NCBI GenBank assembly: GCA_964524035.1 | Contig: CAZGBP010000004.1 | Span: forward strand, 2,862 to 66,861 | Direction of reading: 5' to 3' | Source: an uncultured Bifidobacteriaceae bacterium | GTDB taxonomy: Bacteria; Bacteroidota; Bacteroidia; Chitinophagales; UBA10324 | Length of the DNA: 64,000 nucleotides | Shown here: piece by piece, positions 11,260 to 20,129 of the stretch | How the letters are laid out: each line of letters begins with the position of its first letter | Position numbering within the stretch: the stretch's first letter is position 1 | Position numbers and translations under genes: made by a program | The notes under the pieces: generated by a model | What the model was told of the DNA's origin: nothing | The model's database searches: none | Seen by the model: the letters and a program-made list of their open reading frames with translations, nothing else

Positions 11260-11407
11260 AGACAGAATTCTCAGCGAAAAAATCCTGGAAGGAATTCGTG
11301 AAGCCGTTCGTCAATTGTACGAACGCGTAGCTGCGCGTGATGGTGAGGTAGTGATCAGCCGTGACGGAAAAGTGGTTACGGTAAAAGCAAAGGATTTGAT
11401 AAAGTGA
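11237..11407 (+). CDS. Small 56-aa ORF overlapping the end of the zeta-like gene (possible cognate partner/antitoxin-like protein)
   Basis: Not in the ORF track because it is under 60 aa. ATG 11237 to TGA 11405-11407 translates to MEEHAKSEDRILSEKILEGIREAVRQLYERVAARDGEVVISRDGKVVTVKAKDLIK. It overlaps the upstream ORF by 23 nt and is followed directly by a strong hairpin terminator. Confidence 0.45.
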   Translation: MEEHAKSEDRILSEKILEGIREAVRQLYERVAARDGEVVISRDGKVVTVKAKDLIK

Positions 11408-11459
11408 TGCGATTTCACTTGAGTGCATTGATCTAATTACATTTTTTTATTTTTTGATT

Positions 11460-11500
11460 ATCCCCGAAAATCGAAAATCAAACTTTCGATTTTCGGGGAT
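11460..11500. repeat. 41-bp perfect palindromic hairpin, copy 1 (also a likely intrinsic terminator)
   Basis: ATCCCCGAAAATCGAAA-atcaaac-TTTCGATTTTCGGGGAT: 17-bp perfect stem, 7-nt loop, followed by CTTTTTT. It is identical to 12701-12741. Confidence 0.9.
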
Positions 11501-11520
11501 CTTTTTTCTATCTTTGACTC

Positions 11521-12696
11521 ATGATTCCACGGCTTATCTACAACCAGTTACAAAAACTAATGAAGCAATTCCCGGTAGTGGCCGTGGTGGGTCCGCGCCA
11601 GGTTGGTAAAACCACACTCGCACGGCAGTACAGCAATACGCTGAAGAAAGATGCAGTCTATCTCGATCTGGAAAACCCCGCTGATGTAAAAAAACTCAGC
11701 GACCCGCAGGTCTTCCTGGAAGATTACCCTGATCAGTGTGTGATTTTTGATGAAGTGCAGCGCATGCCGCAGCTATTCCCGTTGCTTCGTTATCTGGTTG
11801 ATAAAAAAAGAAATGCCGGTCGTTACCTGTTGTTGGGTTCCGCTTCACCGGAGATGATCAAAGATGTTTCGGAAAGCCTGGCTGGAAGAATTGCTTTCAT
11901 TGAAGTTACGCCGTTCAATCTTCCGGAAGTTACGGATGCAAAAAACAAACTTCAGAAGTTATGGCTTCGCGGCGGTTTTCCCCATGCCTTTCTCGCAGGC
12001 ACTGATCCAAAGTGCTTCGACTGGTTGCAACATTTCATTCGCACCTATGTGGAACGCGACCTCAACCAATTATTTGGTGTGAGCTTTTTTACGCAGCTGA
12101 TGTATCGCCTGTGGCAGATGCTGGCTCATTTCCATGGCAGTATCTGGAATGCACAGACCTTTGCCCGCGGACTCGACGTTTCAGCTCCCACCGTCAACCG
12201 GTATCTCGATTACCTTGAAAGCGCTTTCATGCTCCACCGTTTACCTCCCTTATTTATCAATACCAAAAAGCGGCTGGTGAAAGCACCTAAGGTCTATCTG
12301 CGCGACACAGGCTTGCTGCATGCCTTGCTCGATATCCATTCTATGCATCTGCTGCGGGCACATCCTGCCATCGGAAATTCCTGGGAGGGATTTGTGATTG
12401 AGCAGGTTGACCGCCTGAAACCTCCTGCATTGCGATCTTATTATTACCGCACGCACGATGGCAGTGAATGCGACCTGGTATTGGTGAAAGGATTGAAGGC
12501 AGTAGCCTGTGTGGAAGTAAAATATTCGGCAAGCCCATCGGCCGGCAAAGGATTTTACGAAAGCATTCATGATCTGAAAAGCAGGAACAACTTCATACTG
12601 ATACCCACACCGGAAGACTATTCGCTGACAAAAAACATCCGCGTGGTTGGGCTTGAAATATTTCTTTCCCGATATCTTCCCAAACTCAAAGGATAA
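11521..12696 (+). CDS. AAA+ ATPase with DUF4143-type C-terminal domain (COG1373-like)
   Basis: Walker A VVGPRQVGKTTL and Walker B-like CVIFDEVQ. The C-terminal half carries the conserved YLRDTGL and WEGFVIEQ motifs typical of the AAA_14/DUF4143 family. A TATCTTTG -7-like box lies 5 nt before the ATG. Confidence 0.85.
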   Translation: MIPRLIYNQLQKLMKQFPVVAVVGPRQVGKTTLARQYSNTLKKDAVYLDLENPADVKKLSDPQVFLEDYPDQCVIFDEVQRMPQLFPLLRYLVDKKRNAGRYLLLGSASPEMIKDVSESLAGRIAFIEVTPFNLPEVTDAKNKLQKLWLRGGFPHAFLAGTDPKCFDWLQHFIRTYVERDLNQLFGVSFFTQLMYRLWQMLAHFHGSIWNAQTFARGLDVSAPTVNRYLDYLESAFMLHRLPPLFINTKKRLVKAPKVYLRDTGLLHALLDIHSMHLLRAHPAIGNSWEGFVIEQVDRLKPPALRSYYYRTHDGSECDLVLVKGLKAVACVEVKYSASPSAGKGFYESIHDLKSRNNFILIPTPEDYSLTKNIRVVGLEIFLSRYLPKLKG

Positions 12697-12699
12697 ATT

Positions 12700-12742
12700 G
12701 ATCCCCGAAAATCGAAAATCAAACTTTCGATTTTCGGGGATC
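12700..12742. repeat. Palindromic hairpin, copy 2 (18-bp stem; likely terminator of the ATPase gene)
   Basis: GATCCCCGAAAATCGAAA-atcaaac-TTTCGATTTTCGGGGATC followed by AATTTTTT. The core 41 bp is identical to 11460-11500. Confidence 0.9.
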
Positions 12743-12762
12743 AATTTTTTGATATACTGCTG

Positions 12763-13731
12763 TTACAGGTCAGGGGAAAGCCCCAGCTGTTCCCGCATAA
12801 CCCGATCGGAATTATTATGATGCGCCCAGTAGTCACTCATCAATGTTTTATTAAGTGTGGCCGTCGTGGTCAGCAGCTTTCCATCAAATCCGGGAAAGGT
12901 TTCTTCCCATCCCAGGATTTTATGCGGAAAAGCTTTTTCGAAGCGGATTACTATCGTGTGTTTTTGTGTGGAATAATCTATGGTGTAGACAGAAGTTGTC
13001 CCTTCCTGCTGAAGGGATAGTACGGCTGTTTGAACACTTAATGGCAAATGCGTTAAGCGTGTATAGAGGCTGCCAGGCAAGAGTTGCTGTTTACCTACCG
13101 GCAAACGGTCCGGTGCCAAACGAATCAGGTTCCATAACTGATCTTCCGGTATGCAGGATTCAAAGGTCGATGACTGATCCCCTTCCTTTTCAAAATAAGA
13201 ATAGGACCTTACATCGAATTTGTTTCCACGCTTGTTCAATTGCAGGAAGGAGATGCCACACCACTCCTGCACATTGGCAGTCACTTTTTCTGCATCGGGA
13301 TAATGATCAATATCAACAGGAGAAAAAACCGACATCATCAAAGAATAAGGATAGATGCCGGTATTGAATTTCTTGATCAGGTTCAGCTTCAGCACCGGCA
13401 ACCTATCGTTTCCGGCTGCCTGCGGGTTATCCAGTTTTACCTGCTTCGATTTGGAAAAATCTTCCGTAACAAAAATAGTCACAGCGCTTCCTTCATGAAT
13501 CTCGCCATATCGCGCCTGCTTTAATTCATATGAACATAATTCAGCCTTGCCATTATACCAGTATTGCTTGAATTCGTCAGTTAATGAATGAGGCTCCGCC
13601 AATGCAGCAAACGGTTCTGTATGTACCTTCGCACCGGCTTTTTCATTACAACTCTGTTGCAAAGGCACCAGGCCGGCAACCGGCACTAAAAATAAAAGTC
13701 TCAGCACAACATGCTTCATATCCATGGTCAT
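12763..13731 (-). CDS. Conserved hypothetical lipoprotein
   Basis: N-terminal signal with lipobox-like LQQSC. No recognisable catalytic motif. The start could be any of three nearby Met codons (13731/13725/13719). Confidence 0.55.
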   Translation of the reverse strand: MTMDMKHVVLRLLFLVPVAGLVPLQQSCNEKAGAKVHTEPFAALAEPHSLTDEFKQYWYNGKAELCSYELKQARYGEIHEGSAVTIFVTEDFSKSKQVKLDNPQAAGNDRLPVLKLNLIKKFNTGIYPYSLMMSVFSPVDIDHYPDAEKVTANVQEWCGISFLQLNKRGNKFDVRSYSYFEKEGDQSSTFESCIPEDQLWNLIRLAPDRLPVGKQQLLPGSLYTRLTHLPLSVQTAVLSLQQEGTTSVYTIDYSTQKHTIVIRFEKAFPHKILGWEETFPGFDGKLLTTTATLNKTLMSDYWAHHNNSDRVMREQLGLSPDL

Positions 13732-13776
13732 TTAAAAAGCAGTTCATTCTTCAACACACCCAAATATACAAAACAA

Positions 13777-13808
13777 GAGCCGGACTACTTTGCAGTATCG
13801 TCCGGCTC
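13777..13808 (-). terminator. Intrinsic terminator of the phosphorylase-like gene
   Basis: GAGCCGGAC / GTCCGGCTC 9-bp stem with a 14-nt loop. On the minus strand it is followed by a T-rich tract (TTGTTTTGTAT) and lies 20 nt after the stop codon. Confidence 0.6.
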
Positions 13809-13827
13809 CGGTTAAAAAAACAGCAAA

Positions 13828-15483
13828 CTACCCGTTGTAAAGCTCCGAATAATATTCATCGGCCATGCGATTCGATTCGAAAAAAGGCAATACACTTTTC
13901 ATGCTTTGTTTCATCATTTTAATCCAGGCTGAGGGGCGCTTATAATACATCGGAATAATAGTATGCTCCAGTATGTGATACAGCTGTTGCAGGTCCTGTG
14001 CATCCTGCACAGCAACCGGTGCATGCTGATCCGCTAATGGAATAAGGAAACAATTTTCCTTGGTGGCGAATTCAGGTATCCATCCGTCATCGGTAGAGAA
14101 ATTGATGGTGCCGTTCATCGCTGCCGTCATGCCTGATGTACCGGAGGCTTCTCGTGGCACACGAGGTGTATTCAGCCAGATATCGGCTCCTGCTTTCAGT
14201 TTCCGGGACAGGTGTAATTCATGCCCAACCAGCACGGCCATGTGCTTGTATTTTTTTGAAAGATGCACCAGGCTGTTAAAGGTGGAAATGGCACCATAAT
14301 CCATCGGGTAAGGTTTTCCTGCCCAAACAATCTGAACGGGTTGATCTGTTCTTGACATCAGGTTATCAAAACGGTCAATATCCTGCGAGATGAGATCCGG
14401 CCTTTTATAACCGGCGAACCGGCGCGCCCACACAATGGTCAGCACATCCGGATCAAAAATTTTGCCTGTCTGATCTGCTATGGTTTCAAACAATTTCCCC
14501 TTGAGGTATTTCTTACGCTGCACTAAATACTTGTAACGGTTTCTGCTCATGTATTCATACATGATCGTATCCATCCAGTAACGGCCATTTTGCGAATTGG
14601 TAATAGCGGTAATCGGGCAGATGTCACTGTATTTCGACCACATTTCCCGCGAAACCCTGCCATGCAGTTGTGAAACACCATTTGCCAGGCGGGCAAACCG
14701 AAGGGCACAAAGTGAATGATCAAAGACATCGCCCGTAACTTTTGTAAGCTTCCGCGCCTCTTCCAGCGACAAGCCACAGAAATAACCCAGCTTTTGCAGC
14801 AGGAAGATGTCGTGTTTTTCATTACCAGCTTCTTCCGGCGTGTGCGTTGTAAATACAAGGCGCTTTTTCACTTCATCGAGACTCTTATATTTCTGGTACA
14901 TATAGAAGGCAGCGGAAAAACCATGAGCTTCATTCAGGTGCACCACATCTGCCAGGTAGCCGAGGTAATCCAACAGTTTGGCGCCGCCAATACCCAGCAG
15001 AACATATTGCGCCACTTTTGCTGCAAGGTCTGAATCGTATAAACGATGACTGATGGATTGTGCGAGGTAATCATTCTCCGGAATATCGGTAGTCAGAAAA
15101 AACATCGGCACAGTATGAAAGTAATGAGGCGCCAGGTACTTCGCGGTAACCCATACAGGATGACTGTTGATTTCAATAGTAAAACGAATGCCTGTATCTT
15201 CCAGGAAAGAATAACTTTTTTCAAGAAAAAGCACATCCATCGACTGATCCTGCTTACGCACCTGATCGTAATACCCATACTTCCAGAGTATTCCAATGCC
15301 AATCATATTTTGCTGCAGTTCATATGCGCTTTTCATATGCGAGCCAGCCAGGAAACCCAACCCACCTGAATAAGTTTTTAATGCCTGGTCTACCGCAAAC
15401 TCCATACTGAAATACGCAACACGCTTTTTGTATTTGTCAGAATAAGTATAAGGATGCTTGTATTTGGTTTCAAAAAGGTTCAT
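13828..15483 (-). CDS. Alpha-glucan phosphorylase family (GT35) homologue; the expected PLP-lysine position is Thr
   Basis: Family motifs present: VAYFSMEFA, YSGGLGFLAGSHMKSA, HLNEAH, FTTHTPEEAGNE, WLNTPRVPREASGTSGM. The start is placed at ATG 15483 (MNLFETKYKHPY...). Alternative upstream starts exist at 15516 and 15525. Confidence 0.8.
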   Translation of the reverse strand: MNLFETKYKHPYTYSDKYKKRVAYFSMEFAVDQALKTYSGGLGFLAGSHMKSAYELQQNMIGIGILWKYGYYDQVRKQDQSMDVLFLEKSYSFLEDTGIRFTIEINSHPVWVTAKYLAPHYFHTVPMFFLTTDIPENDYLAQSISHRLYDSDLAAKVAQYVLLGIGGAKLLDYLGYLADVVHLNEAHGFSAAFYMYQKYKSLDEVKKRLVFTTHTPEEAGNEKHDIFLLQKLGYFCGLSLEEARKLTKVTGDVFDHSLCALRFARLANGVSQLHGRVSREMWSKYSDICPITAITNSQNGRYWMDTIMYEYMSRNRYKYLVQRKKYLKGKLFETIADQTGKIFDPDVLTIVWARRFAGYKRPDLISQDIDRFDNLMSRTDQPVQIVWAGKPYPMDYGAISTFNSLVHLSKKYKHMAVLVGHELHLSRKLKAGADIWLNTPRVPREASGTSGMTAAMNGTINFSTDDGWIPEFATKENCFLIPLADQHAPVAVQDAQDLQQLYHILEHTIIPMYYKRPSAWIKMMKQSMKSVLPFFESNRMADEYYSELYNG

Positions 15484-15672
15484 GCGCTGAATTTTGATTA
15501 ATACATGTTGCCTCATCTTTTGCAAGGCGGGCGCAAAAATATCAGAAGAATCCGAATTCTCAGCGTATGGTGTAAGAATGACGTATTTAAAAGCGCCGGC
15601 CTTTCAGGAATGCTGAAATCTTTAGCTAAACAGCAAAGCCTCACAGCTGCAAAAAACGGAATCCGTTACCGG

Positions 15673-16275
15673 TTAACTTACGACAGGCTGATGCCGGATG
15701 ATGAATACAATCAATTCATCAACGCTTACTGCAGCACGTTGGCAGGCATCTGAAATATCTTCGCGCGATACATTGGCCGCAAAACTTTTTTCCTTTAATC
15801 TTTTCTTTACCCCTTTCAATTCCATTGATTCATAACCGTTGGGCCGCATGAGTGAATAGGCATGTACCAGGCCGGATAATTCATCGAAAGCATACAACAT
15901 CTTATCCATCCTGGTAACCGGTTCCACACCAAAGTAGCGCGGCCCATGTGATGCAATAGCATGAATAATTTCAGGGTCAACATGCCTGCTTTCCAATTCC
16001 GAAATAATGCGTTTGCAATGTTCATCAGGCCACTGCTCCCAATCGGCATCGTGCAGCAATCCGGCCAATTCCCATGCCCATTGTTCTTGCTCATTTAATG
16101 CTTCCTGTTCTGCGGCCCAGGCTTTCATCAGTGCGGCTACCTGCTTCATATGCAATTGCAGCCGGTCATTTTTTACCCAGGCAGCGAGCAACTGCATAGC
16201 TTCGTCCCGTTCTAATGTACGCCCTTTATGATCAGGGTTGCCAAACACGTTCCTGCCAAGGCTAAGTGTACTCAT
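15673..16275 (-). CDS. HD-domain phosphohydrolase
   Basis: 200 aa with H...HD metal-binding signature (LLHDADWEQW) and later AIASHG. Confidence 0.7.
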   Translation of the reverse strand: MSTLSLGRNVFGNPDHKGRTLERDEAMQLLAAWVKNDRLQLHMKQVAALMKAWAAEQEALNEQEQWAWELAGLLHDADWEQWPDEHCKRIISELESRHVDPEIIHAIASHGPRYFGVEPVTRMDKMLYAFDELSGLVHAYSLMRPNGYESMELKGVKKRLKEKSFAANVSREDISDACQRAAVSVDELIVFIIRHQPVVS

Positions 16276-16420
16276 AGCTAAAAAGAATTTCGGATGAACT
16301 TTTATTGTTCATCAAATAACCGCAATCCTGCTGAACAATACAAAAGCCGGAAGCTGGCTGACAAAAAAACCTCCCCTCATTCAGTACTGTTAGTTCATTC
16401 TTCATCCCTACATTTGCCGC

Positions 16421-17623
16421 ATGCGTAAAATCAGTGCCGACCTTGTTATTCCGGTAACTTCAACACCAATACCCAAAGGGGTAGTCGTGTTAGATGACCA
16501 TGGCTCAGTTCTTTCAGTTGAAAAAAGCCATGATGTGAATGATGATTCAATTGAAAGATACCAGGGTGTCCTTTGCCCGGGCTTTATTAATGCGCACTGC
16601 CATATCGAATTGTCTTATATGAAAGGGAAAATACCGGAGCATACCGGACTCGTTCCGTTTATCATTAATCTGATTGAATACAGAAACCAGCGAAACCATA
16701 CTGCCGACAAAGACTTGTTAAATGAAGAGATCAACGAGGCAATCAGGAATGCGGAAGTTGAGATGAAAGAGCAGGGTATCGTGGCTATTGGTGATATCTC
16801 GAATGATAACCATTCATTTCACTTAAAATCAAACAGCGCATTGCTGTTTCATACATTCATCGAATGTTTTGGCTTTGATCCGTTGCAGGCAGAAACCTTC
16901 TTTCAAAAATCGCTTTCATTGTACCGGCAAGCATGCGCTTTAGGGCTTTCGGCATCCATTACCCCTCATGCACCATACAGTGTTTCTCCTGAATTGTTCC
17001 GGCAAATCTTTTCTTTCAGAACAGATCACGCCCGTCTCTTCAGTTACCATAATCAGGAATCGGATGCTGAAGCTGACCTTTTCAGATCGGCAACGGGCGA
17101 TTTCTTAAAGTTATTCCATCAATTTAACCTGACGGAAACTATAATTAAGCCAGCCGGAAAAAACAGCATTCAAGCCGTAATCAACGGTTTCCCGCCCGAT
17201 GCGCGAATGCTCTTCGTGCATAATACCACAACAGATGCTGCAGATATTGACCTGATCATTTCAAAATTACCTGAGGCCTGGTTCTGTTTTTGTCCGAATG
17301 CCAACCTATACATCGAAAGCAGGTTGCCGGCATTTCAACTTTTTAGAAATTTCACAGACCGCATTTGTGTGGGCACCGACAGTTACGCTTCTAACCATCA
17401 GCTGTCTGTTCTTCAGGAACTTATCACCATGCAGCAACATGATCCCTCCATTAAGACCCCTGAACTTATCCGTTGGGCTACCATCAATGGGGCTGATTTT
17501 TATAACTGGAGCGATCAACTGGGCAGTTTAGAAACCGGCAAACAACCCGGCATTAACCTCATCAGCCCTGTTGGCCCGGGCTTTGAACTACGCAAAGATT
17601 CTTTGGTTACCAGACTTGCCTGA
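16421..17623 (+). CDS. Amidohydrolase-superfamily protein (metal-dependent deaminase/chlorohydrolase-like)
   Basis: HxH metal motif in PGFINAHCHIELS, later HAPYS and VHNT and GTDS motifs typical of the amidohydrolase_1 fold. Confidence 0.75.
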   Translation: MRKISADLVIPVTSTPIPKGVVVLDDHGSVLSVEKSHDVNDDSIERYQGVLCPGFINAHCHIELSYMKGKIPEHTGLVPFIINLIEYRNQRNHTADKDLLNEEINEAIRNAEVEMKEQGIVAIGDISNDNHSFHLKSNSALLFHTFIECFGFDPLQAETFFQKSLSLYRQACALGLSASITPHAPYSVSPELFRQIFSFRTDHARLFSYHNQESDAEADLFRSATGDFLKLFHQFNLTETIIKPAGKNSIQAVINGFPPDARMLFVHNTTTDAADIDLIISKLPEAWFCFCPNANLYIESRLPAFQLFRNFTDRICVGTDSYASNHQLSVLQELITMQQHDPSIKTPELIRWATINGADFYNWSDQLGSLETGKQPGINLISPVGPGFELRKDSLVTRLA

Positions 17624-18022
17624 CTCCTTCTGAACGCGGTTGTAATACGGATTGTATGGTTACAGACACGCCGGAGATGCAGCAACAGCAAAGGAACAAT
17701 TTCACGAAAAACATAACCTTAATTTAACAACAGTTCATTTCCGAACAGAACCCGACACTACATTTACTTTGCGGGGCATTCATGCAGAGCTCACATGCAG
17801 GAACCGGAAGTACCGGCCCTATGGTGGTGTAATCTGAGAAAACAAGTATGATTCAAATGGAAACAAGCGGCCAACCGGGTTTACCGGATACATAAGCTGA
17901 AATACTGGCAGGCTAAGAATGGTTCTTTAAGAAAATCAGATGCTTCAAAATATGTATTACCCGCTTTCGTCGAATAAAGCAGGTGGATAGTCTTCACTAT
18001 AGTTATACTAATCGAAATTTTA

Positions 18023-18061
18023 ATGGAAACATTGGAAATAGAAATTGTTTCCATAGTTTTG
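18023..18061 (+). promoter_or_regulatory. Candidate TetR operator overlapping a -7 promoter box
   Basis: Inverted repeat ATGGAAACA (18023-18031) / TGTTTCCAT (18046-18054) with a 14-bp spacer, directly abutting TAGTTTTG (18054-18061; matches Bacteroidota TAnnTTTG). This lies 10 nt upstream of the tetR ATG. A third ATGGAAACA half-site sits at 17857-17865. Confidence 0.45.
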
Positions 18062-18071
18062 CGCCCGATTT

Positions 18072-18731
18072 ATGAATAACCAGGTAAAAAAAACGGTAAA
18101 CGGAACAAGGGCGCGCATCTTGCAGGCCGCCCAGGAACTTTTCTATAGCTATGGCATTCGAAGCATTACGATGGATGACATTGCCCGCCACCTGGCCATT
18201 TCCAAAAAAACCATTTACCAGTTCTTTGATGATAAGCATCAAATCGTGCATGAGTTATGCAAGATGGATTGCCGGATGAATGAAGAACGGATGGAACAAA
18301 TTGCGGCCAATTCCACCGATGCACTGGATGAAATACTGCAATCCATGGATTTTCTCGGGGAGATGCTTTCCCGCATGAACCCTAACCTTATTTATGATCT
18401 TCAGAAATACCACCCTGCCGGATGGAACGAGTTTAATAATTTCAGGGAGCACCGACTGCTGGGAACGGTAGAAGCGAATTTAAGAAAAGGCATTAAGCAA
18501 GGGCTCTATCGTTCAGACATTAACATTAAGATCATTGCCAAACTGCGGGTGGAAGAGGTACAGATGGGCTTGAATCCGGCTAACTTCGCACCCTCAAAAT
18601 TCAACCTGCATGAAGTGCAAATCGCATTACTCGAACATTTTCTTTATGGAATCCTGACCATACAGGGAACCCGGTTGTTATCCAGGTATAAAACAAGAAA
18701 GAAAAATAAAAAACAAAAAGTAGTAGCATGA
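18072..18731 (+). CDS. TetR/AcrR-family transcriptional regulator
   Basis: N-terminal HTH RILQAAQELFYSYGIRSITMDDIARHLAISKKTIYQFFDDK. The stop overlaps the next gene's ATG (ATGA). Confidence 0.9.
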   Translation: MNNQVKKTVNGTRARILQAAQELFYSYGIRSITMDDIARHLAISKKTIYQFFDDKHQIVHELCKMDCRMNEERMEQIAANSTDALDEILQSMDFLGEMLSRMNPNLIYDLQKYHPAGWNEFNNFREHRLLGTVEANLRKGIKQGLYRSDINIKIIAKLRVEEVQMGLNPANFAPSKFNLHEVQIALLEHFLYGILTIQGTRLLSRYKTRKKNKKQKVVA

Positions 18732-20086
18732 AAAGACTATTAATCCTTGCAGCCTTCCTTGCTGCAGTGGTATATAACACTACGGCGCAGACAGCCACAT
18801 CAGATACGTTGCGTTTGTCATTCCGGCAATCCGTTGACTATGCCTTGAAAAACCAGATTGCGGTTAAAAATGCTTCGCTTGACGCTGAAATATCGCAACG
18901 TAAATCGCAGGAATACACGGGTATTGCGTTGCCACAGATCAGCGGACAGTTTGATTTTGCCGATTACCTGAAGCTGCCCACCTCGCTGATTCCGGCTGAG
19001 TTTTTTGGCGGAGAGCCCGGCACATACCAGGCTATCCAGTTTGGAACACAATACAATGGAACGGCCAGCCTGAATGCTTCACAACTCGTTTTTGATGGCC
19101 GGTATTTTCTTGGCATCAAAGCCAGCAAGACCCTCGCAGAACTGAGCACTAAGAACGTTACCCGCACCACCATTGAAACTGCAGAAAGCGTAATGAAAGC
19201 GTACCTGACAGCCCTGGTTACAAATGCCCGTTACAAACAGCTTGAGGCAAATGTTATCAGCCTGAAAAAAACACTGGAAAATACCAAAGCTTTGTATGAA
19301 ACCGGCTTCGTGGAAAAAGTGGATGTTGACCGGATTGCGGTGGGCTATAATAACCTGCTTTCTGAAATGGAGAAAATGGAAAAATACCGCACGGTTAGCA
19401 AATACCTGCTCAAGTTTCAGATGGGCATGAACGTAAATCAGGAGATTGAACTGACAGATACCTTATTTGAAGCAGACTTTCAGCAAATACTGCAAAATGC
19501 AGCCATGCCTGATGTAAACAACCGGGTTGAATACCAGATGCTGCAAACTTCAAAATCACTTGCTGAGATGAACATCAAACAATACAAGCTCGGTTACCTG
19601 CCAAGCCTCTATGCCATCGGCGGATACAGTTTTCAGGCACAGGTGAATCAGTTCGACCTGATACCATCCAGCGAATGGTATAATACCGCTTTTATCGGCT
19701 TTACGTTTAACCTGCCCATTTTTGATGGTCTTCAAAAAGCAAGACAGATTCAACAGGGCAAACTGGAATTGATGAAACGCGAAAACAACCTCGTCAACTT
19801 TCAGAACTCCATGAACCTGCAGGTGGCAAATGCGAAATCCAACCTGGAAAATGCCATCAACACCCTGGAAACACAAAGAAGTAACCAGGAGCTGGCCAAC
19901 GAGATTGTAACCATCTCCCGCAAGAAGTTTGAAATGGGCGTAGGATCGAGCCTGGAGGTGACTGATGCCGAAACGTCTCTGAAGGAAGCTCAGAATAACT
20001 ACCTCAGTGCTTTGTATGATGCATGGTCAGCAAGAATTGACCTGGAAGTAGCACTGGGAACACTTGCTAAAAACTACCTGCCATAA
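18728..20086 (+). CDS. TolC-family outer-membrane efflux protein
   Basis: Signal peptide, 452 aa, two-repeat coiled-coil/beta architecture typical of OEP family. It is the first structural gene of the efflux operon. Confidence 0.85.
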   Translation: MKRLLILAAFLAAVVYNTTAQTATSDTLRLSFRQSVDYALKNQIAVKNASLDAEISQRKSQEYTGIALPQISGQFDFADYLKLPTSLIPAEFFGGEPGTYQAIQFGTQYNGTASLNASQLVFDGRYFLGIKASKTLAELSTKNVTRTTIETAESVMKAYLTALVTNARYKQLEANVISLKKTLENTKALYETGFVEKVDVDRIAVGYNNLLSEMEKMEKYRTVSKYLLKFQMGMNVNQEIELTDTLFEADFQQILQNAAMPDVNNRVEYQMLQTSKSLAEMNIKQYKLGYLPSLYAIGGYSFQAQVNQFDLIPSSEWYNTAFIGFTFNLPIFDGLQKARQIQQGKLELMKRENNLVNFQNSMNLQVANAKSNLENAINTLETQRSNQELANEIVTISRKKFEMGVGSSLEVTDAETSLKEAQNNYLSALYDAWSARIDLEVALGTLAKNYLP

Positions 20087-20129
20087 ATTATCCTGCGTTC
20101 ATCAACTCTTAACAAGAAAAATCACATCA

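Noticed and set aside
11180-11428. 82-aa minus-strand ORF antisense to the small 56-aa ORF and the zeta-like gene end
   Set aside because: It is an antisense shadow of better-supported plus-strand coding sequence and has low-complexity, Cys/Phe-rich composition.
12250-12744. 164-aa minus-strand ORF starting inside hairpin copy 2
   Set aside because: It lies entirely antisense to the well-supported DUF4143 ATPase gene, and its start lies in the palindrome. It is a shadow ORF.
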